Shown here: positions 1-9,832 of the stretch, piece after piece
How positions within the stretch are numbered: the stretch's first letter is position 1
Layout: every line of letters starts with the position of its first letter
Assembly (NCBI GenBank): GCA_046153645.1
Contig: JBJXGI010000086.1
Location: 1 to 53,445, forward strand
DNA from: Elusimicrobiota bacterium
GTDB lineage: Bacteria > Elusimicrobiota > Elusimicrobia > F11
Direction: 5' to 3'
Length of the DNA stretch: 53,445 nt
The notes under the pieces: model-generated
The model's database searches: none
What the model saw: only the letters and a program-made list of their open reading frames with translations
Told to the model about the DNA's origin: nothing
Translations under genes and position numbers: made by a program

Positions 1-52
1 ATTTAATATTAAATACATTCTTACTATACCACAACTTAATTTCAATATTTAA

Positions 53-1363
53 ATGGAAAACAAAGACCCTCTCTTATCAAGAATATTTAACATTCGTACA
101 ATATTTTTATATGGCAATGTAATATTGATGGTATTGTTTTTTCTTGTTGTCGCTAAAGACCAAAAACGAGGATACAAACAATATCAAAAAGAATACCGGG
201 CGCTCGAAATTAAAAAAGCCAACGAAAAGCTAGCTGTGGCAACAACTGCTGAAGAGAAAGAAGCCGCGCTTCAAGAATTAAAGATAGCAAAGAAAATGGA
301 AATGGGTGTTCGCCAAATTTGGTCCACTGAAATGGGGGCCATTGACCGTTGTATAACTTGCCATGTGGCTTATGATTCGTTATCAAATCCCGCTTTATCT
401 AATAGTTATAAAGAACATCCTTATAGTGCCAATGGAGCCTCTCCAGCCTTAGACATTCATAAAATTCATAATATTCAGAAATTTGGTTGTGTTGTTTGCC
501 ACGGTGGACAAGGTTATGCAACTGAGAAAGAAGCCGCTCACGGAAACGTTATTCATTGGGAAAAGCCTCTTTTAAAAGAAGTGTATCTCCAAGCTTCTTG
601 TGCAAAGTGTCATGACAATGTTGATTCCCTCAATATAAATGGAGAGAATTACACCAAAGATATTATTAAAGCCAAAAACTTATTCCGAAATCATGGTTGT
701 ATTGGTTGTCACCAAGTTGGGGGCGAAGGCGGTCCGATATCTGTTGATCTTAAAGAAGAAACCGCCACTAAACCCCTCAGTCGAATTGATTTTGCCTACA
801 CTGACTTAGACCATAAAGATTGGTCTTTGGCTAATTGGATAAAAATTCATTTTGTTAAAGACCCTGTTAGTTTTGTCCCGGGTGATCCTAAAGCCAAATT
901 CAACACCGAACCTATTTCTCCTTCGGGAATGCCTCCCTATCATATGTCAGAAGACGATGCTGACGCACTTACCGCATATATTTTAGGAATGAATAGAAAT
1001 GGGATAGCACCGCAATATTTGGTTTTACGTCCTAAAACATCTAAACCTGAAATTAAAGATCCCGTTGAGCATGGCAGATGGGTATTTGAAGAATATGGCT
1101 GTGCCGCTTGTCATGGATCTGACGCAAGAGGTGGCATTCGGAACTATAATTCGCAATATGACGTTACACCTAACTTAAGAAAAGTTGTGGCGACTTATTC
1201 TAGAGAAGATTTAAGGGAAAAATTAAATAAAGGTGTGGCTTTCATTGCTCGTCATGATCCTCATGGTCCTCAACCTCCGTTATATATGCCTGGATGGGAA
1301 ACCAAGATTAAGGGTGATGAGATGGAAGATCTTATTACCTACCTTTACAGCATAAAAGAATAA
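53..1363 (+). CDS. Membrane-anchored multiheme (5 CxxCH) c-type cytochrome
   Basis: N-terminal hydrophobic anchor (IFLYGNVILMVLFFLVVA); heme motifs CITCH, CVVCH, CAKCH, CIGCH, CAACH; candidate Met ligands in SGMPPY and YMPGW. Confidence 0.9.
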   Translation: MENKDPLLSRIFNIRTIFLYGNVILMVLFFLVVAKDQKRGYKQYQKEYRALEIKKANEKLAVATTAEEKEAALQELKIAKKMEMGVRQIWSTEMGAIDRCITCHVAYDSLSNPALSNSYKEHPYSANGASPALDIHKIHNIQKFGCVVCHGGQGYATEKEAAHGNVIHWEKPLLKEVYLQASCAKCHDNVDSLNINGENYTKDIIKAKNLFRNHGCIGCHQVGGEGGPISVDLKEETATKPLSRIDFAYTDLDHKDWSLANWIKIHFVKDPVSFVPGDPKAKFNTEPISPSGMPPYHMSEDDADALTAYILGMNRNGIAPQYLVLRPKTSKPEIKDPVEHGRWVFEEYGCAACHGSDARGGIRNYNSQYDVTPNLRKVVATYSREDLREKLNKGVAFIARHDPHGPQPPLYMPGWETKIKGDEMEDLITYLYSIKE

Positions 1364-1407
1364 TTTCCTCTAGTTTTTTTTAAAAACTCTCTTACATTTA
1401 AGGTGTT

Positions 1408-2772
1408 ATGGCAGACGAAAAATTTGATGTTATTGTAGTTGGTGCTGGTCCCGCTGGCGTTTCCGCCGCGATTACAGCTGCCAAAGCTGGTCTTAATGTT
1501 GTTCTCCTTGAACGAGGAGAATATCCCGGTGCAAAAAATGTTCAAGGTGCCATTCTCTATACGAAAAATCTAGCTGATATTGTGCCAGAATTTTGGAAAG
1601 ATCCTCATTCTCCTGTTGAAAGATTTATTACCAGCCAAAATGTGTTAGTCACTTCCGATGATTCCGCTATTCAAGTGGGGTTTAAATCCCATAAATGGGT
1701 TCAGGAGCCTCATAACTGTTATTCAATTATTCGCTGTAACTTTGATAAATGGTACAGCAAAAAAGCGGAAGATGCCGGCGCACAGCTTTATAATGGAGTT
1801 CGTGTTTCCAAGGTTCTTCAGAAAGAAGGACAAGTTATTGGAATTGAAACCAGCGAAGGGGATCAACTTCTTGCTGATGTTGTTATTGCTTGCGACGGCG
1901 TAAATTCAATGTTGGCTCAATCAATCGGACTTATTGATGAGTGGCGCTCTGATGAAGTTGCTTTGGGCGTTAAAGAAGTTCTTTCTTTACCAAGAGAGAG
2001 AATTCAAGATCGATTTAATTTGGAAGGGGATGAGGGTACCACTTTTGAAATGTTTGGTGGAGTGACCAAGGGAATGATGGGTTATGCTTTTTTATATACC
2101 AATAAAGATAGTTTATCTTTTGGTGTGGGATGTAAACTTTCGCATTACCAGAAAAGTGGAATAAAACCCTATGAACTTTTAGAATATGCCAAAAAACATC
2201 CGATTGTAAGGAAATATCTTGCCGATGCAAAACCGATGGAGTATTCAGCTCATTTGATCCCGGAGGGGGGATATTATTCTCTTCCTCCTCTTTATACCGG
2301 TGGTTTTATGTTGGCTGGTGATGCGGCTCAGATGATTAACCCCTCTCATAGAGAAGGCTCTAATTTGGCCATGACGGCGGGCGTCCTTGCCGCTCAAACA
2401 GCTATCGAAGCCAAGAAAAAAGGGGATTTCTCGAAAGCTTCTCTTTCTGAATATCAAAAAAAGTTAGAAGCTTCTTTTATTATTCCTGATATGGAAGAAC
2501 ATAAAGATTTAGAAAATAAAGTTGAAAGCAATATGGATTTGTTGCGCGTTTATCCCGATCTGGCTTGTAGGGCATTGCACGAGTATTTCACGGTTGATGG
2601 CAGGGCCAAGAAAGATGTTCAAAAAAGTATTTTGAGAAAAGTTCTTAAGACCCGGTCATTAGCTAAAATTTTTAAAGATGTTTGGGGAATGGTTAGAAGA
2701 GAAGATAAAAAACTTTCTATTTTTGGATTTATAAAAGAGATTTGGAAAATGAGGAAGATGCTCAAGGTTTAG
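1408..2772 (+). CDS. fixC: FixC-family FAD-dependent oxidoreductase (ETF:quinone oxidoreductase-like)
   Basis: Rossmann motif FDVIVVGAGPAG; LERGEYPGAKN; YSAHLIPEGG; AGDAA; immediately followed by a FixX-like ferredoxin. Confidence 0.85.
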   Translation: MADEKFDVIVVGAGPAGVSAAITAAKAGLNVVLLERGEYPGAKNVQGAILYTKNLADIVPEFWKDPHSPVERFITSQNVLVTSDDSAIQVGFKSHKWVQEPHNCYSIIRCNFDKWYSKKAEDAGAQLYNGVRVSKVLQKEGQVIGIETSEGDQLLADVVIACDGVNSMLAQSIGLIDEWRSDEVALGVKEVLSLPRERIQDRFNLEGDEGTTFEMFGGVTKGMMGYAFLYTNKDSLSFGVGCKLSHYQKSGIKPYELLEYAKKHPIVRKYLADAKPMEYSAHLIPEGGYYSLPPLYTGGFMLAGDAAQMINPSHREGSNLAMTAGVLAAQTAIEAKKKGDFSKASLSEYQKKLEASFIIPDMEEHKDLENKVESNMDLLRVYPDLACRALHEYFTVDGRAKKDVQKSILRKVLKTRSLAKIFKDVWGMVRREDKKLSIFGFIKEIWKMRKMLKV

Positions 2773-2790
2773 TTGGGATAGGAGACTTTT

Positions 2791-3090
2791 ATGGATGTCA
2801 ATATTGATGAAAAATTAGGACTCTTGACCTATAAAGCAGACCATAGTTTCGCACACATTCAAATAAAAGACGCTTCCGAAAAAAGCCCTTGTGTTACCAA
2901 GTGTGAACAGAAAACGTGCACGACTGTTTGTCCTGCCAAAGTTTATTCCTGGGAAGCGTCGCAGAATAAAATTCTGGTTTCTTATGAAAATTGTATCGAA
3001 TGTGGAGCCTGTCGCATGCTTTGCCCTTATGACAACATCTCTTGTGAGTGGCCTCGCGGTGGGTTTGGTGTTCAGTATAAGATGGGGTAA
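2791..3090 (+). CDS. fixX: FixX-like ferredoxin
   Basis: CxxxCxxxxCxxxCPA and CIECGACRMLCP clusters; C-terminal WPRGGFGVQY typical of FixX; RBS AGGAG upstream. Confidence 0.85.
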   Translation: MDVNIDEKLGLLTYKADHSFAHIQIKDASEKSPCVTKCEQKTCTTVCPAKVYSWEASQNKILVSYENCIECGACRMLCPYDNISCEWPRGGFGVQYKMG

Positions 3091-3094
3091 TAAA

Positions 3095-4135
3095 TTAACA
3101 GATCATTTTTGAAGATGCTTCGTTTTTGAGGTTAGTAAATTCTTTTCTTAGTAAATTGTTAAAAGGGATTTTAAATAGTGAATTTAAAATCCCTTTTTTT
3201 ATTTTGTTTCTTCCTATTTTAATCGGTTTTCCAATGAAAATATTGTTTTCGATTCGTAATCGAGCAAGGGTTTTCATTCCAATCCATAAAGGCAACCAAA
3301 TTGAAAGTCGAAGGCGTATTTGCCAAAAAGGGATCATTTCTAAACAATCCATTCCTAATTCCATTCTTGTTAATGTTTCATCGATCATAAAATGAAAAAG
3401 TGTCCTGAATTGAGATGATTTTTCATTGGGAAGTAGCTCATTCGGTTTTAATTGGTAGTCTTTGAGTAAAGAATCGGGAATGTAACATCTCCCCCGATTC
3501 AAATCTTCTGGAAGGTCTCTCAGAATGTTTATTAATTGAAGACCAGTGCCAAATTTAAATCCTTGTTGAATCCATTTGTCTGAGTTTTTTATTTTTTTGT
3601 GGTCATGAAAAAGAAATAAAGATAACCAAAAACGCCCTGGTTCTCCACCAATAAGCCCTATATAATTTTCTAATTGATGACTTGTTTGAAGGCTTTGAGG
3701 GTTTTCTTTTGTTCCATTCTTAAAATCATTTAAATCATTTGTCATTCCTGTTGTGACAGCCAGAACGACTTTTTGAATCAAGGTTTTTTCCGTTTGAGAA
3801 AGACAGTGAAGTGCTCGGAAACATTGTTCCAATGATTTGAGGAGAATTTCTTCAGATGTTTTCTCACCAAGAACAGCATTTTTAATTTTTTCTGAAAAAA
3901 TTATTTGATCCGGTAGTGAAAGAGGGAAAGATTTAAAGCAATCTTTAAAATTTTTCAGATATGAAAGTCGTTCTTCCTGTGATAATAAATCCGTATCGGC
4001 GATTGTATCTGCCGCTCGACAAAGCAAATAGGCAATGCTCATTGCTGGTTTTATATGGGAAGGGAGTATCTTAAAACTTAAAAAAAGTGACCTTGATACT
4101 GACTTTAGTAATTGTTCGTTGGTTGATGGTTGCAC
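3095..4135 (-). CDS. Squalene/phytoene synthase family protein
   Basis: VSRSLFLS, AYLLCRAADTIAD and GLQLINILRDLPEDLNRGRCYIP motifs; GTG start, exact start uncertain. Confidence 0.85.
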   Translation of the reverse strand: MQPSTNEQLLKSVSRSLFLSFKILPSHIKPAMSIAYLLCRAADTIADTDLLSQEERLSYLKNFKDCFKSFPLSLPDQIIFSEKIKNAVLGEKTSEEILLKSLEQCFRALHCLSQTEKTLIQKVVLAVTTGMTNDLNDFKNGTKENPQSLQTSHQLENYIGLIGGEPGRFWLSLFLFHDHKKIKNSDKWIQQGFKFGTGLQLINILRDLPEDLNRGRCYIPDSLLKDYQLKPNELLPNEKSSQFRTLFHFMIDETLTRMELGMDCLEMIPFWQIRLRLSIWLPLWIGMKTLARLRIENNIFIGKPIKIGRNKIKKGILNSLFKIPFNNLLRKEFTNLKNEASSKMIC

Positions 4136-4269
4136 CCTTCTATTCTATTAACCTTGGAGTTATTTCACATCAGGAATAACTGATTTACTTTTGGGAAAAC
4201 CTTGATATCTGTTAAAGCGCCTGTTAGAATTCGAATTGAGTTTAAGCTTAATCGTTATTGGAGGTTTCA

Positions 4270-4587
4270 ATGGCACCAGGTATGTTTTACGGCACCCCAC
4301 TTGTCATTATCGCATTGGGGATTATTGCACTGATTCTTAGTTTCATGGTTACAGATGACAAAAAATCAAAGATTGCTCTCATTCTTGCCATCGTTGTTAT
4401 TTTGACTGGACTCTTTCAATTTGGTTCACAGTCTATTACAAAATGGCAGTTTGACCGTCGATTAAAAGAAATTGAAAAAAGTCGTATGGCCGATTTAGAG
4501 GAATTGCGCCAACGCGCGAAAGAAAAATCTGCTGAGTTAGCGGCTCCCGTCGTTAATAAAGCGCCCGATTCTAATAAAAAGCCATAA
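4270..4587 (+). CDS. Small hypothetical membrane protein (2 TM plus charged coiled-coil tail)
   Basis: ATG at 4270 follows GGAGG (4260-4264), preferred over TTG 4258; two hydrophobic segments, then a charged helix. Confidence 0.7.
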   Translation: MAPGMFYGTPLVIIALGIIALILSFMVTDDKKSKIALILAIVVILTGLFQFGSQSITKWQFDRRLKEIEKSRMADLEELRQRAKEKSAELAAPVVNKAPDSNKKP

Positions 4588-4596
4588 TTTCAAATA

Positions 4597-4633
4597 TCCC
4601 TCCTCTTTTATTTTAAGGGGAGGGAATTTTTTT
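4597..4633 (+). terminator. Probable intrinsic terminator or REP-like hairpin
   Basis: TCCCTCCTCTT-ttatttt-AAGGGGAGGGA stem (one G:U) followed by a T run, just after the stop at 4587. Confidence 0.6.
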
Positions 4634-4695
4634 GAATTTATTTGGTTATATTCGGAGAAATAAGGAAAATTTTTACTATTTAAAGTGAGAAAAAA

Positions 4696-6339
4696 ATGAA
4701 AAAAGCAAGAATAAAGCTCTGGTTTTCTGAAAATTGGTTGAAATTGTTTTTATGGACTATTGGGATATTATGCGCAATTGCCACTGTGTATGGCACGTAT
4801 GTTTTCCTTTTTCAATTAGAATCATTTCAAAAACAGAGTCTTGTTGCTAGTTTTCCCATTTATCTTATTAATGGAATTGTCACATCTATGGTTTTTATTT
4901 ACGGCTATACCTTGATGGGTGGTCGAATGGGCCAACTTAAGAAAAATAAAAAAATGGATGCTGAGTTATTAAAAATAAAATTTAGTGATGTTATTGGCTT
5001 AGAAGAAGCCAAAAGAGAAGCTCTTGAAGTTGTGAAGCTTGTCAAAGACCGTGCTTTAGTCAAAAAAATTGGTGGAAAAATTATTAGAGGTATTTTATTG
5101 CAGGGGCCTCCTGGTTGCGGGAAAACCTTATTAGCAAAAGCAATGGCTTCTGAGTGTGGCCTTCCTTTCATGGCTATTTCTGGAAGTGAATTTGTTGAAA
5201 TTTTTGTTGGTGTTGGTGCTTCTCGTGTGCGCCAATTAGTAACCAAAGCCAGAGTTATGGCTGAAATTCATGGTGGATGCATTATTTTTATTGATGAGCT
5301 TGATGTGATTGGTCGGGCTCGTACTTTTAACGCATTTGGGGGCTCGGAAGAAACCAATTCTACTCAAAATGAATTGTTGGTTCAGATGGATGGAATTCAA
5401 TCGACCAATGATCAAATTATATTTATTGGGGCTACGAATGCCTCTGAAAATACTTTAGATCCGGCTTTATTAAGACCAGGAAGATTTGACCGCAAATTGT
5501 ACGTTGGTAAACCTCATTTGAAAGAACGTGAAGATCTTTTTAAATATTATTTAGGAAAAATTAATGCGGACCCTGCGCTGGATATCAGAAAGTTAGCGCA
5601 ACGATCTGTTTATAAATCACCTGCAGAAATTGAAGCTGCCATTAAAGAAAGTGCACTTATCGCTGCTCGCGAAGGGCGAGAGGTCGTTTTATTTAAAGAC
5701 CTCTCTTCCGCGTTTGAAAGAATTGATTTGGGTATTGCCCATCGATTACCCATGACCGATAAAGAAAAACAAGTTATTGCTACCCATGAAGCGGGGCATC
5801 TGGTTACCGTTTATACAGCGCATCCTGGAAAAGACGTTTTTAAGGCGACTATTTTGAATCGTGGTGGGGCTTTGGGACACGTTATGCCTATTTCTAGAGA
5901 AGAGGAGTACACACGAACCAAAACGGATCTCGTCGCAGATATAAAAGTGGCTTTGGCGGGGTTTATTTCAGAGCGGATTAAGTTTGGCGTAACGAGCACA
6001 GGGGCATCTTCTGATTTTGCTAATGCTTTGGGAATTGCTGAAGCCATGGTGTGGGAATATGGAATGGGTACTTCTGGGGTTATTGGTAATTACGGAATTC
6101 ACCGAAATGGTGGAAGCATTATGCAGCTTTCCGAAGAGTTTAAGAGTAAATTGAATTCTGAAGTTCAATCTCTTTTGCGCCAGTGTGAAAAAGAAACAGA
6201 AGATTTCTTAAAATCGGAATGGCAAATGGTTGAGATATTTGCGAAACTCCTTATAGAGAAAGAGGAGTTGAATTACGACGAGATTGAAGAAGTATTTGTT
6301 CAAAATGGTAAATCTCGTTTGCCCTCTCCTAATAACTAA
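4696..6339 (+). CDS. FtsH-like membrane AAA+ zinc metalloprotease (short N-terminus)
   Basis: Two N-terminal TM segments; Walker A GPPGCGKT, pore loop FVGVG, Walker [23 protein letters not shown], zinc motif HEAGH, GASSDF. Confidence 0.9.
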   Translation: MKKARIKLWFSENWLKLFLWTIGILCAIATVYGTYVFLFQLESFQKQSLVASFPIYLINGIVTSMVFIYGYTLMGGRMGQLKKNKKMDAELLKIKFSDVIGLEEAKREALEVVKLVKDRALVKKIGGKIIRGILLQGPPGCGKTLLAKAMASECGLPFMAISGSEFVEIFVGVGASRVRQLVTKARVMAEIHGGCIIFIDELDVIGRARTFNAFGGSEETNSTQNELLVQMDGIQSTNDQIIFIGATNASENTLDPALLRPGRFDRKLYVGKPHLKEREDLFKYYLGKINADPALDIRKLAQRSVYKSPAEIEAAIKESALIAAREGREVVLFKDLSSAFERIDLGIAHRLPMTDKEKQVIATHEAGHLVTVYTAHPGKDVFKATILNRGGALGHVMPISREEEYTRTKTDLVADIKVALAGFISERIKFGVTSTGASSDFANALGIAEAMVWEYGMGTSGVIGNYGIHRNGGSIMQLSEEFKSKLNSEVQSLLRQCEKETEDFLKSEWQMVEIFAKLLIEKEELNYDEIEEVFVQNGKSRLPSPNN

Positions 6340-6347
6340 AAATAAAC

Positions 6348-7577
6348 ATGTCAGATCATAAAGAAGAACAAAAAGACGGGGAGAAATCCTCGGATTCCAT
6401 TATTTCTGAGGGCGTTTCCCAAGAGCCTTCAGCTCTCCTTGCCACTGAAACTACCGTTAATGCGCAGTCTCCTATTCCTAGTGAAGAAAAGCCTCCCCTT
6501 CCACCGAATATCAATAACTTAAAAGAAAGTTGGATTAAGGCCAATAAAAAAATTGTTCTTATTGGTGGTTTTATTGTCGTCGCTGGTTTAATGTGGGCGA
6601 TAAACCGTTTTCGTTCTTCGGGAGAGGAGATTAAAGAAGAAACATCAGGTCAAACCACTGCTCCCGATGAAATTTCAGTTAATGCTGTAGAGGCTAGAAT
6701 GGGGCGGTTTCAAGATGTGATCAGCGCTGTGGGAACGATCAAAGGTGAGGCTGAGATTGAACTGCGTTTTGAAGTAGACGGAAAAATAGAAGAGTTTACG
6801 CCCAGAGACGGAGCCAAAATACGTAAAGGTCAGTTAATTGCCAGATTAAGTGACAGAGACGCTCGCCTAAAAGTTCAACGTGCGAAAATTGAACTTGAAC
6901 AGACAGAGAAACTTTTTCAGGTGGGTGGGGTTTCTAAAACCAAATTAGATGAGTCTCGGCTTGATATGGAAGTAGCTCAGAGTGAGCTTGATAAAACGAG
7001 AATTTTTTCGGCGCGTGATGGTATTTTAGGTGATAGAGCCGCTGATGTAGGAGAATTTGTAAATCCTCAACGGAAAATTGGAACATTGGTCTCTATTAAA
7101 AATGTCGTTGTCGAAGTCGGTATAATTGAAAAACAAGTTGATAAGGTTTATCCAGGGCAGAAAATTTTGGTTTCAGTTGACGCTTATACAGGGAATATTT
7201 TTGAAGGGGCTGTTGAGAGTATCTCGCCTATTATTTCCGCCGACGGAAGTAAAACCTTTTCCATAAGAGCTAAAATTCCCAATCCTGATAATTTACTCCT
7301 TCCTGGAATGTTCGCAAGAAGTCGAATAATAACTTACGAAGTTGATGATGCGATATCTGTTCCAAATGATGCATTAGTGAAAACCACCGGAGGATTCCAG
7401 TTGTTTGTTATTACGCCAGAAAATACTGCTGAAGCGCGTGATGTTCAGGTCGGTTATGTTGCTTCTGAATTTACTCAAATCCAAACAGGTTTAAACCCTG
7501 GTGATGTCGTTATTGTTCAAAAACCGCCAGAGCTCAAAGCAGGTTCAAAAGTGAAAGTTATAGAAGTTCAAAAATAA
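6348..7577 (+). CDS. Efflux RND-type periplasmic adaptor (membrane fusion protein)
   Basis: Single TM after a disordered N-terminus; barrel-sandwich hybrid halves (DGKIEEF..GAKIRKGQLIARL; IFSARDGIL..VGEFV), helical hairpin, LLPGMFAR, VPNDALV, GLNPGDVVIV. Confidence 0.85.
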   Translation: MSDHKEEQKDGEKSSDSIISEGVSQEPSALLATETTVNAQSPIPSEEKPPLPPNINNLKESWIKANKKIVLIGGFIVVAGLMWAINRFRSSGEEIKEETSGQTTAPDEISVNAVEARMGRFQDVISAVGTIKGEAEIELRFEVDGKIEEFTPRDGAKIRKGQLIARLSDRDARLKVQRAKIELEQTEKLFQVGGVSKTKLDESRLDMEVAQSELDKTRIFSARDGILGDRAADVGEFVNPQRKIGTLVSIKNVVVEVGIIEKQVDKVYPGQKILVSVDAYTGNIFEGAVESISPIISADGSKTFSIRAKIPNPDNLLLPGMFARSRIITYEVDDAISVPNDALVKTTGGFQLFVITPENTAEARDVQVGYVASEFTQIQTGLNPGDVVIVQKPPELKAGSKVKVIEVQK

Positions 7578-7579
7578 TA

Positions 7580-9031
7580 ATGAAACTGAGAGCGAGATTA
7601 ACTTCTTTTACGGTTTTTTTGGTTCTTCTTGTTTTGATTTTTTCAACAGCTGTTAGTGTATTCACCATCAAATACTTCCTATCTAATGAAGTTCAAATTA
7701 CACAACAAACTTGGATTGGCAATTTTAAGAAAACTCTGGAGGAATCTCTCTATTCTGGTGATGATTTAGCCATTCAATCTTATGGAGAGACTTTGGAGAG
7801 AACTATTCCTGAATTGGGTTATGCTGTTTTTGTTGACCAGTCTCGGGGAGCCATTTTGCTTGGTGGGTTAGAAAGCATTCAACGGTTTAAGAAATTAAGT
7901 CCTGAATGTAAGGGGGACCCTGTCGGAAATACAAACCCACCAGTTCTTATTTCAAATATTACTTCTGAAGGAAATCATTGGCATCATTATTGTCAAAACT
8001 TAGAGCTCGTTAATTTGGTTGGCGGAAAAGTACATGGAACCATTCAGATTGGATTTAGTGTTAATGCAATTCAAATACGCCAAACTGCTCTTATTAAAAA
8101 AATTGTTACTCCTTTAATTGGGGCTATGTTGATCATTCTCCTTGTTGGGGTTTTTCTTGCTTTTATGTTTTCAAAACAATTGACACGACCTATTGCCATG
8201 TTAACCGAAGGCGCTAAGTCGATTGGTGATGGAAATCTTGAGACTCAAATCCCAGTTCATTCCAAAGATGAATTGGGGTTTCTAGCAAAAGAATTTAATC
8301 TCATGGCCAATAAACTTAAAGAACTTGATCAGTTAAAAGATGATTTTGTGTCCAGCGTTTCTCATGAATTGCGTTCTCCTTTATCAGCTATTTCTGGGTA
8401 TGTTGAGTTACTCACCAGTAAACCTTTTGAAGAAATTTCTCCGGAAAAGAGAATGAAAGCTCTTTCTATTATCCAAGAAAGCACGGCTCGATTGACTCAT
8501 TTTATTAATGATATTTTAGATTTAGCTAAAATTAAATCAGGTCATACTGAGCTTCGTCAGGAAGCAATAAATCTTAACGAGACGGCCGAAGATGTGATTG
8601 CTCTTTTACATCCTCTTTTTGAAAAAAAGAATGTTCAATCAGGAATTAGTATCCCCCATGATTTACCGGAAGCCTATGTTGATGATGAAAAACTACGTCA
8701 GATCTTGGTGAATCTTATTTCAAATGCCTTGAAATTTACACCATCCGGGGGCAAAATCATAATTAGAGCGAAAAATCAGGGTGGTTGTATTCAAATGTCA
8801 GTTGAGGACACTGGAATTGGAATTTCTGATGACGCTAAGAGCTCAATTTTCGATCGTTTTAAACAAGCGAAGGGATCAAACCAGGTTTCTGGTCAAAAAG
8901 GCTCAGGCTTAGGGCTTGCGATTGTGAAAGGTTATGTGGAAGCTCATGGCGGAGAAATTTGGGTGGATTCTGAGGTTGGAAAAGGAACGGCAATTAATTT
9001 TACATTGGCGTTTGCGCCGGTATCTAAATGA
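7580..9031 (+). CDS. Membrane sensor histidine kinase (periplasmic sensor, HAMP, HisKA, HATPase)
   Basis: Two TMs; HAMP (DELGFLAKEFNLMA); H-box VSHELRSPL; N-box NLISNALKFT; DTGIG and GSGLGL G-boxes. Confidence 0.95.
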   Translation: MKLRARLTSFTVFLVLLVLIFSTAVSVFTIKYFLSNEVQITQQTWIGNFKKTLEESLYSGDDLAIQSYGETLERTIPELGYAVFVDQSRGAILLGGLESIQRFKKLSPECKGDPVGNTNPPVLISNITSEGNHWHHYCQNLELVNLVGGKVHGTIQIGFSVNAIQIRQTALIKKIVTPLIGAMLIILLVGVFLAFMFSKQLTRPIAMLTEGAKSIGDGNLETQIPVHSKDELGFLAKEFNLMANKLKELDQLKDDFVSSVSHELRSPLSAISGYVELLTSKPFEEISPEKRMKALSIIQESTARLTHFINDILDLAKIKSGHTELRQEAINLNETAEDVIALLHPLFEKKNVQSGISIPHDLPEAYVDDEKLRQILVNLISNALKFTPSGGKIIIRAKNQGGCIQMSVEDTGIGISDDAKSSIFDRFKQAKGSNQVSGQKGSGLGLAIVKGYVEAHGGEIWVDSEVGKGTAINFTLAFAPVSK

Positions 9032-9119
9032 AATTTTTTACCTGTCAGCTGGCAGGCAAATCGAGGATCTAGATTTCTGATAAAGAAATTTAGAGACGGC
9101 GGATAAGAGAGGAAATAAT

Positions 9120-9812
9120 ATGCCTAAAAAAAGAATACTAATCGTTGATGATGAACCTCAAATTTGTCAGCTCATAAAAGACGTTCTTGAGGAAAATGCA
9201 TTTACCGCAACGATGGCTCACACAACTGATGAAGCATTTCAGAAATTAAAAGTGACCATTCCTGATCTTATTTTATTGGACGTTCGTCTTCCTACTATTG
9301 GAGGCTTAGAGTTTTGTCGAACTATTAAACAAGACGTTAAAACGCGTGCTCTTCCTGTTATCATGTTAACTGTTCAAGATACTGAAACCGATAAGGTTAT
9401 TGGTTTGGAAGTTGGCGCCGATGATTATCTCACAAAACCATTTGGAAATCGTGAATTATTGGCACGTATTAAAGCCGTTTTTAGGCGAATTGAAATAGGA
9501 AAGTCTGACGAATCTTCTACTATTAAAATCGGTCCGATGGAAATTGATTTGGATATGCATGAAGTGAAATATAAAGGTAAAGATGTTTTGCTGACGCCTA
9601 AAGAATTTGAACTTCTCGTCGCACTAGCGAAAAATAAAAATAAGGCCCTTCGCCGTGAAGCCCTCATGTCTACTGTGTGGGGTTATGATTATCCTGGAAC
9701 ATTAGGAACAATAGATGTTCATATCCGACATTTAAGGAAAAAATTAGGCGACGCTGGTCGATATATCAAAACCTTAATTGGCGTTGGTTATCGCATGGAC
9801 GATAAGCTTTAA
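9120..9812 (+). CDS. OmpR/PhoB-family response regulator
   Basis: REC domain (ILIVDDE, LLDVRLP, GADDYLTKPF) plus winged helix (LTPKEFELL, TIDVHIRHLRKKL, IKTLIGVGYR); RBS GAGAGG upstream. Confidence 0.95.
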   Translation: MPKKRILIVDDEPQICQLIKDVLEENAFTATMAHTTDEAFQKLKVTIPDLILLDVRLPTIGGLEFCRTIKQDVKTRALPVIMLTVQDTETDKVIGLEVGADDYLTKPFGNRELLARIKAVFRRIEIGKSDESSTIKIGPMEIDLDMHEVKYKGKDVLLTPKEFELLVALAKNKNKALRREALMSTVWGYDYPGTLGTIDVHIRHLRKKLGDAGRYIKTLIGVGYRMDDKL

Positions 9813-9832
9813 AAGTATTATGGGTATCTCAG

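Noticed and set aside
1408..3090. Nitrogen fixation inferred from fixCX
   Set aside because: FixCX homologs are widespread in non-diazotrophs, and no nif genes are present in the window.
6348..7577. Complete RND multidrug efflux operon
   Set aside because: Only the adaptor is present; there is no permease or outer-membrane factor in the window.
9036..9096. Two small hairpins between the kinase and the OmpR-type regulator (CCTGTCAGCTGGCAGG; TCTAGATTTCT..AGAAATTTAGA)
   Set aside because: Short and imperfect, with no U-tract on the coding strand and no second copy; not enough to call a terminator or ncRNA.
9120..9812. Naming the regulator phoB or walR and the boxes Pho or WalR boxes
   Set aside because: Family-level motifs do not discriminate, and no pst or wal genes are nearby.
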